A DNA stretch of 35,889 nucleotides from a virus. Taxonomy: Duplodnaviria > Caudoviricetes. The position numbers were made by a program, and so were the translations under genes. The notes below the pieces were generated by a model that searched no databases, was not told where the DNA came from, and was given only the letters and a program-made list of their open reading frames with translations. Of the stretch, positions 35,457 through 35,889 are shown piece by piece. The stretch lies in IMG/VR virus record IMGVR_UViG_3300037789_000064, positions 1-35,889 of that record, one strand, 5' to 3'. Every line of letters starts with the position of its first letter. The stretch's first letter is position 1.

Positions 35457-35805
35457 CTGCCTTGTCTCCTACTTGATCCAACATTTTCTGTGAAAGTGCC
35501 TGCTGCTGCGCAAGCAATCCGGACAGCATCACAACGCCAGCTGCCAGCAGCAGCGACAGGCGCGGATCTGTCAGCAGCCGCGTGTCACCAGCCAGCGCGC
35601 CGGCCGCCTGTTCATAGATCCGTGCCGATCGCGCCCAGACCTCAATCTCCGCAGCACCATTACCAGCGCTGGACGGGTCAGCTTCATCGGCGGACTGGTG
35701 CAATTTTCCCAGCACCAGCCCGCCGCCATCCGCCCCGACGATCCAGTCCGGTCCGCCCCTGGCCGGCCTGATTTGCGCAAATTTCACGAGTGTTTTCTCA
35801 GTCAT
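35434..35805 (-). CDS. Hypothetical protein
   Basis: ATG 35805 (equivalent to position 43) overlaps the end of ORF 36-275 across the circular junction. Confidence 0.6.
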   Translation of the reverse strand: MTEKTLVKFAQIRPARGGPDWIVGADGGGLVLGKLHQSADEADPSSAGNGAAEIEVWARSARIYEQAAGALAGDTRLLTDPRLSLLLAAGVVMLSGLLAQQQALSQKMLDQVGDKADGQNWCG

Positions 35806-35889
35806 CGCTGCCCGCCTTTCGCCAGATGATCGAACCGGCATCGCGCACAAACACACCGCCATCAGCCGATCGATCACGCGCCGCATCCC
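35763..35889 (+). repeat. 127-bp direct terminal repeat, copy 2
   Basis: Identical to 1-127. Confidence 0.95.

Larger units (their letters stand above)
1..35762. mobile_element. Complete temperate podovirus-type phage genome (circular/excised form)
   Basis: Exact terminal overlap, a full set of head, tail, lysis, replication and lysogeny modules, an intact attP, and no host housekeeping genes. Confidence 0.95.

Overview
The window is an apparently complete, circularly assembled temperate phage genome of 35,762 bp; bases 1-127 are repeated exactly at 35763-35889. The virion module has a podovirus (T7/BPP-1-like) gene order: terminase, portal, scaffold, capsid, tail tubular A/B, four ejection proteins and a tail fibre. 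Other modules are a GH19 endolysin/holin/spanin lysis cassette, a primase plus helicase replication module with an iteron-like array, a cro/cI switch, a tyrosine integrase and an intact attP carrying the 3' half of tRNA-Thr(UGU). I recognised no RNA polymerase, DNA polymerase or reverse transcriptase. An alphaproteobacterial host is inferred from a CtrA-like DNA-binding domain and a GTTC-N7-GTTC box. The most interesting points are: (1) a lysogeny circuit combining a repressor that lacks the Ser-Lys autocleavage dyad, a Bro-N antirepressor whose RBS is the direct target of a C4-type antisense RNA, and LexA-like boxes inside the attP arm; (2) a GAGAC repeat plus IHF-like motif shared by attP, the terS-terL gap and the putative origin; (3) a PBECR-like RNase domain inside an ejection protein; (4) a receiver-less CtrA-like protein; (5) a cargo block between int and attP with a membrane-protein/nuclease operon, a hairpin-rich spacer and a lone HicB-like gene; (6) a PLA2-like gene coupled to the endolysin. 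All family assignments come from recognising motifs by eye, not from database searches.
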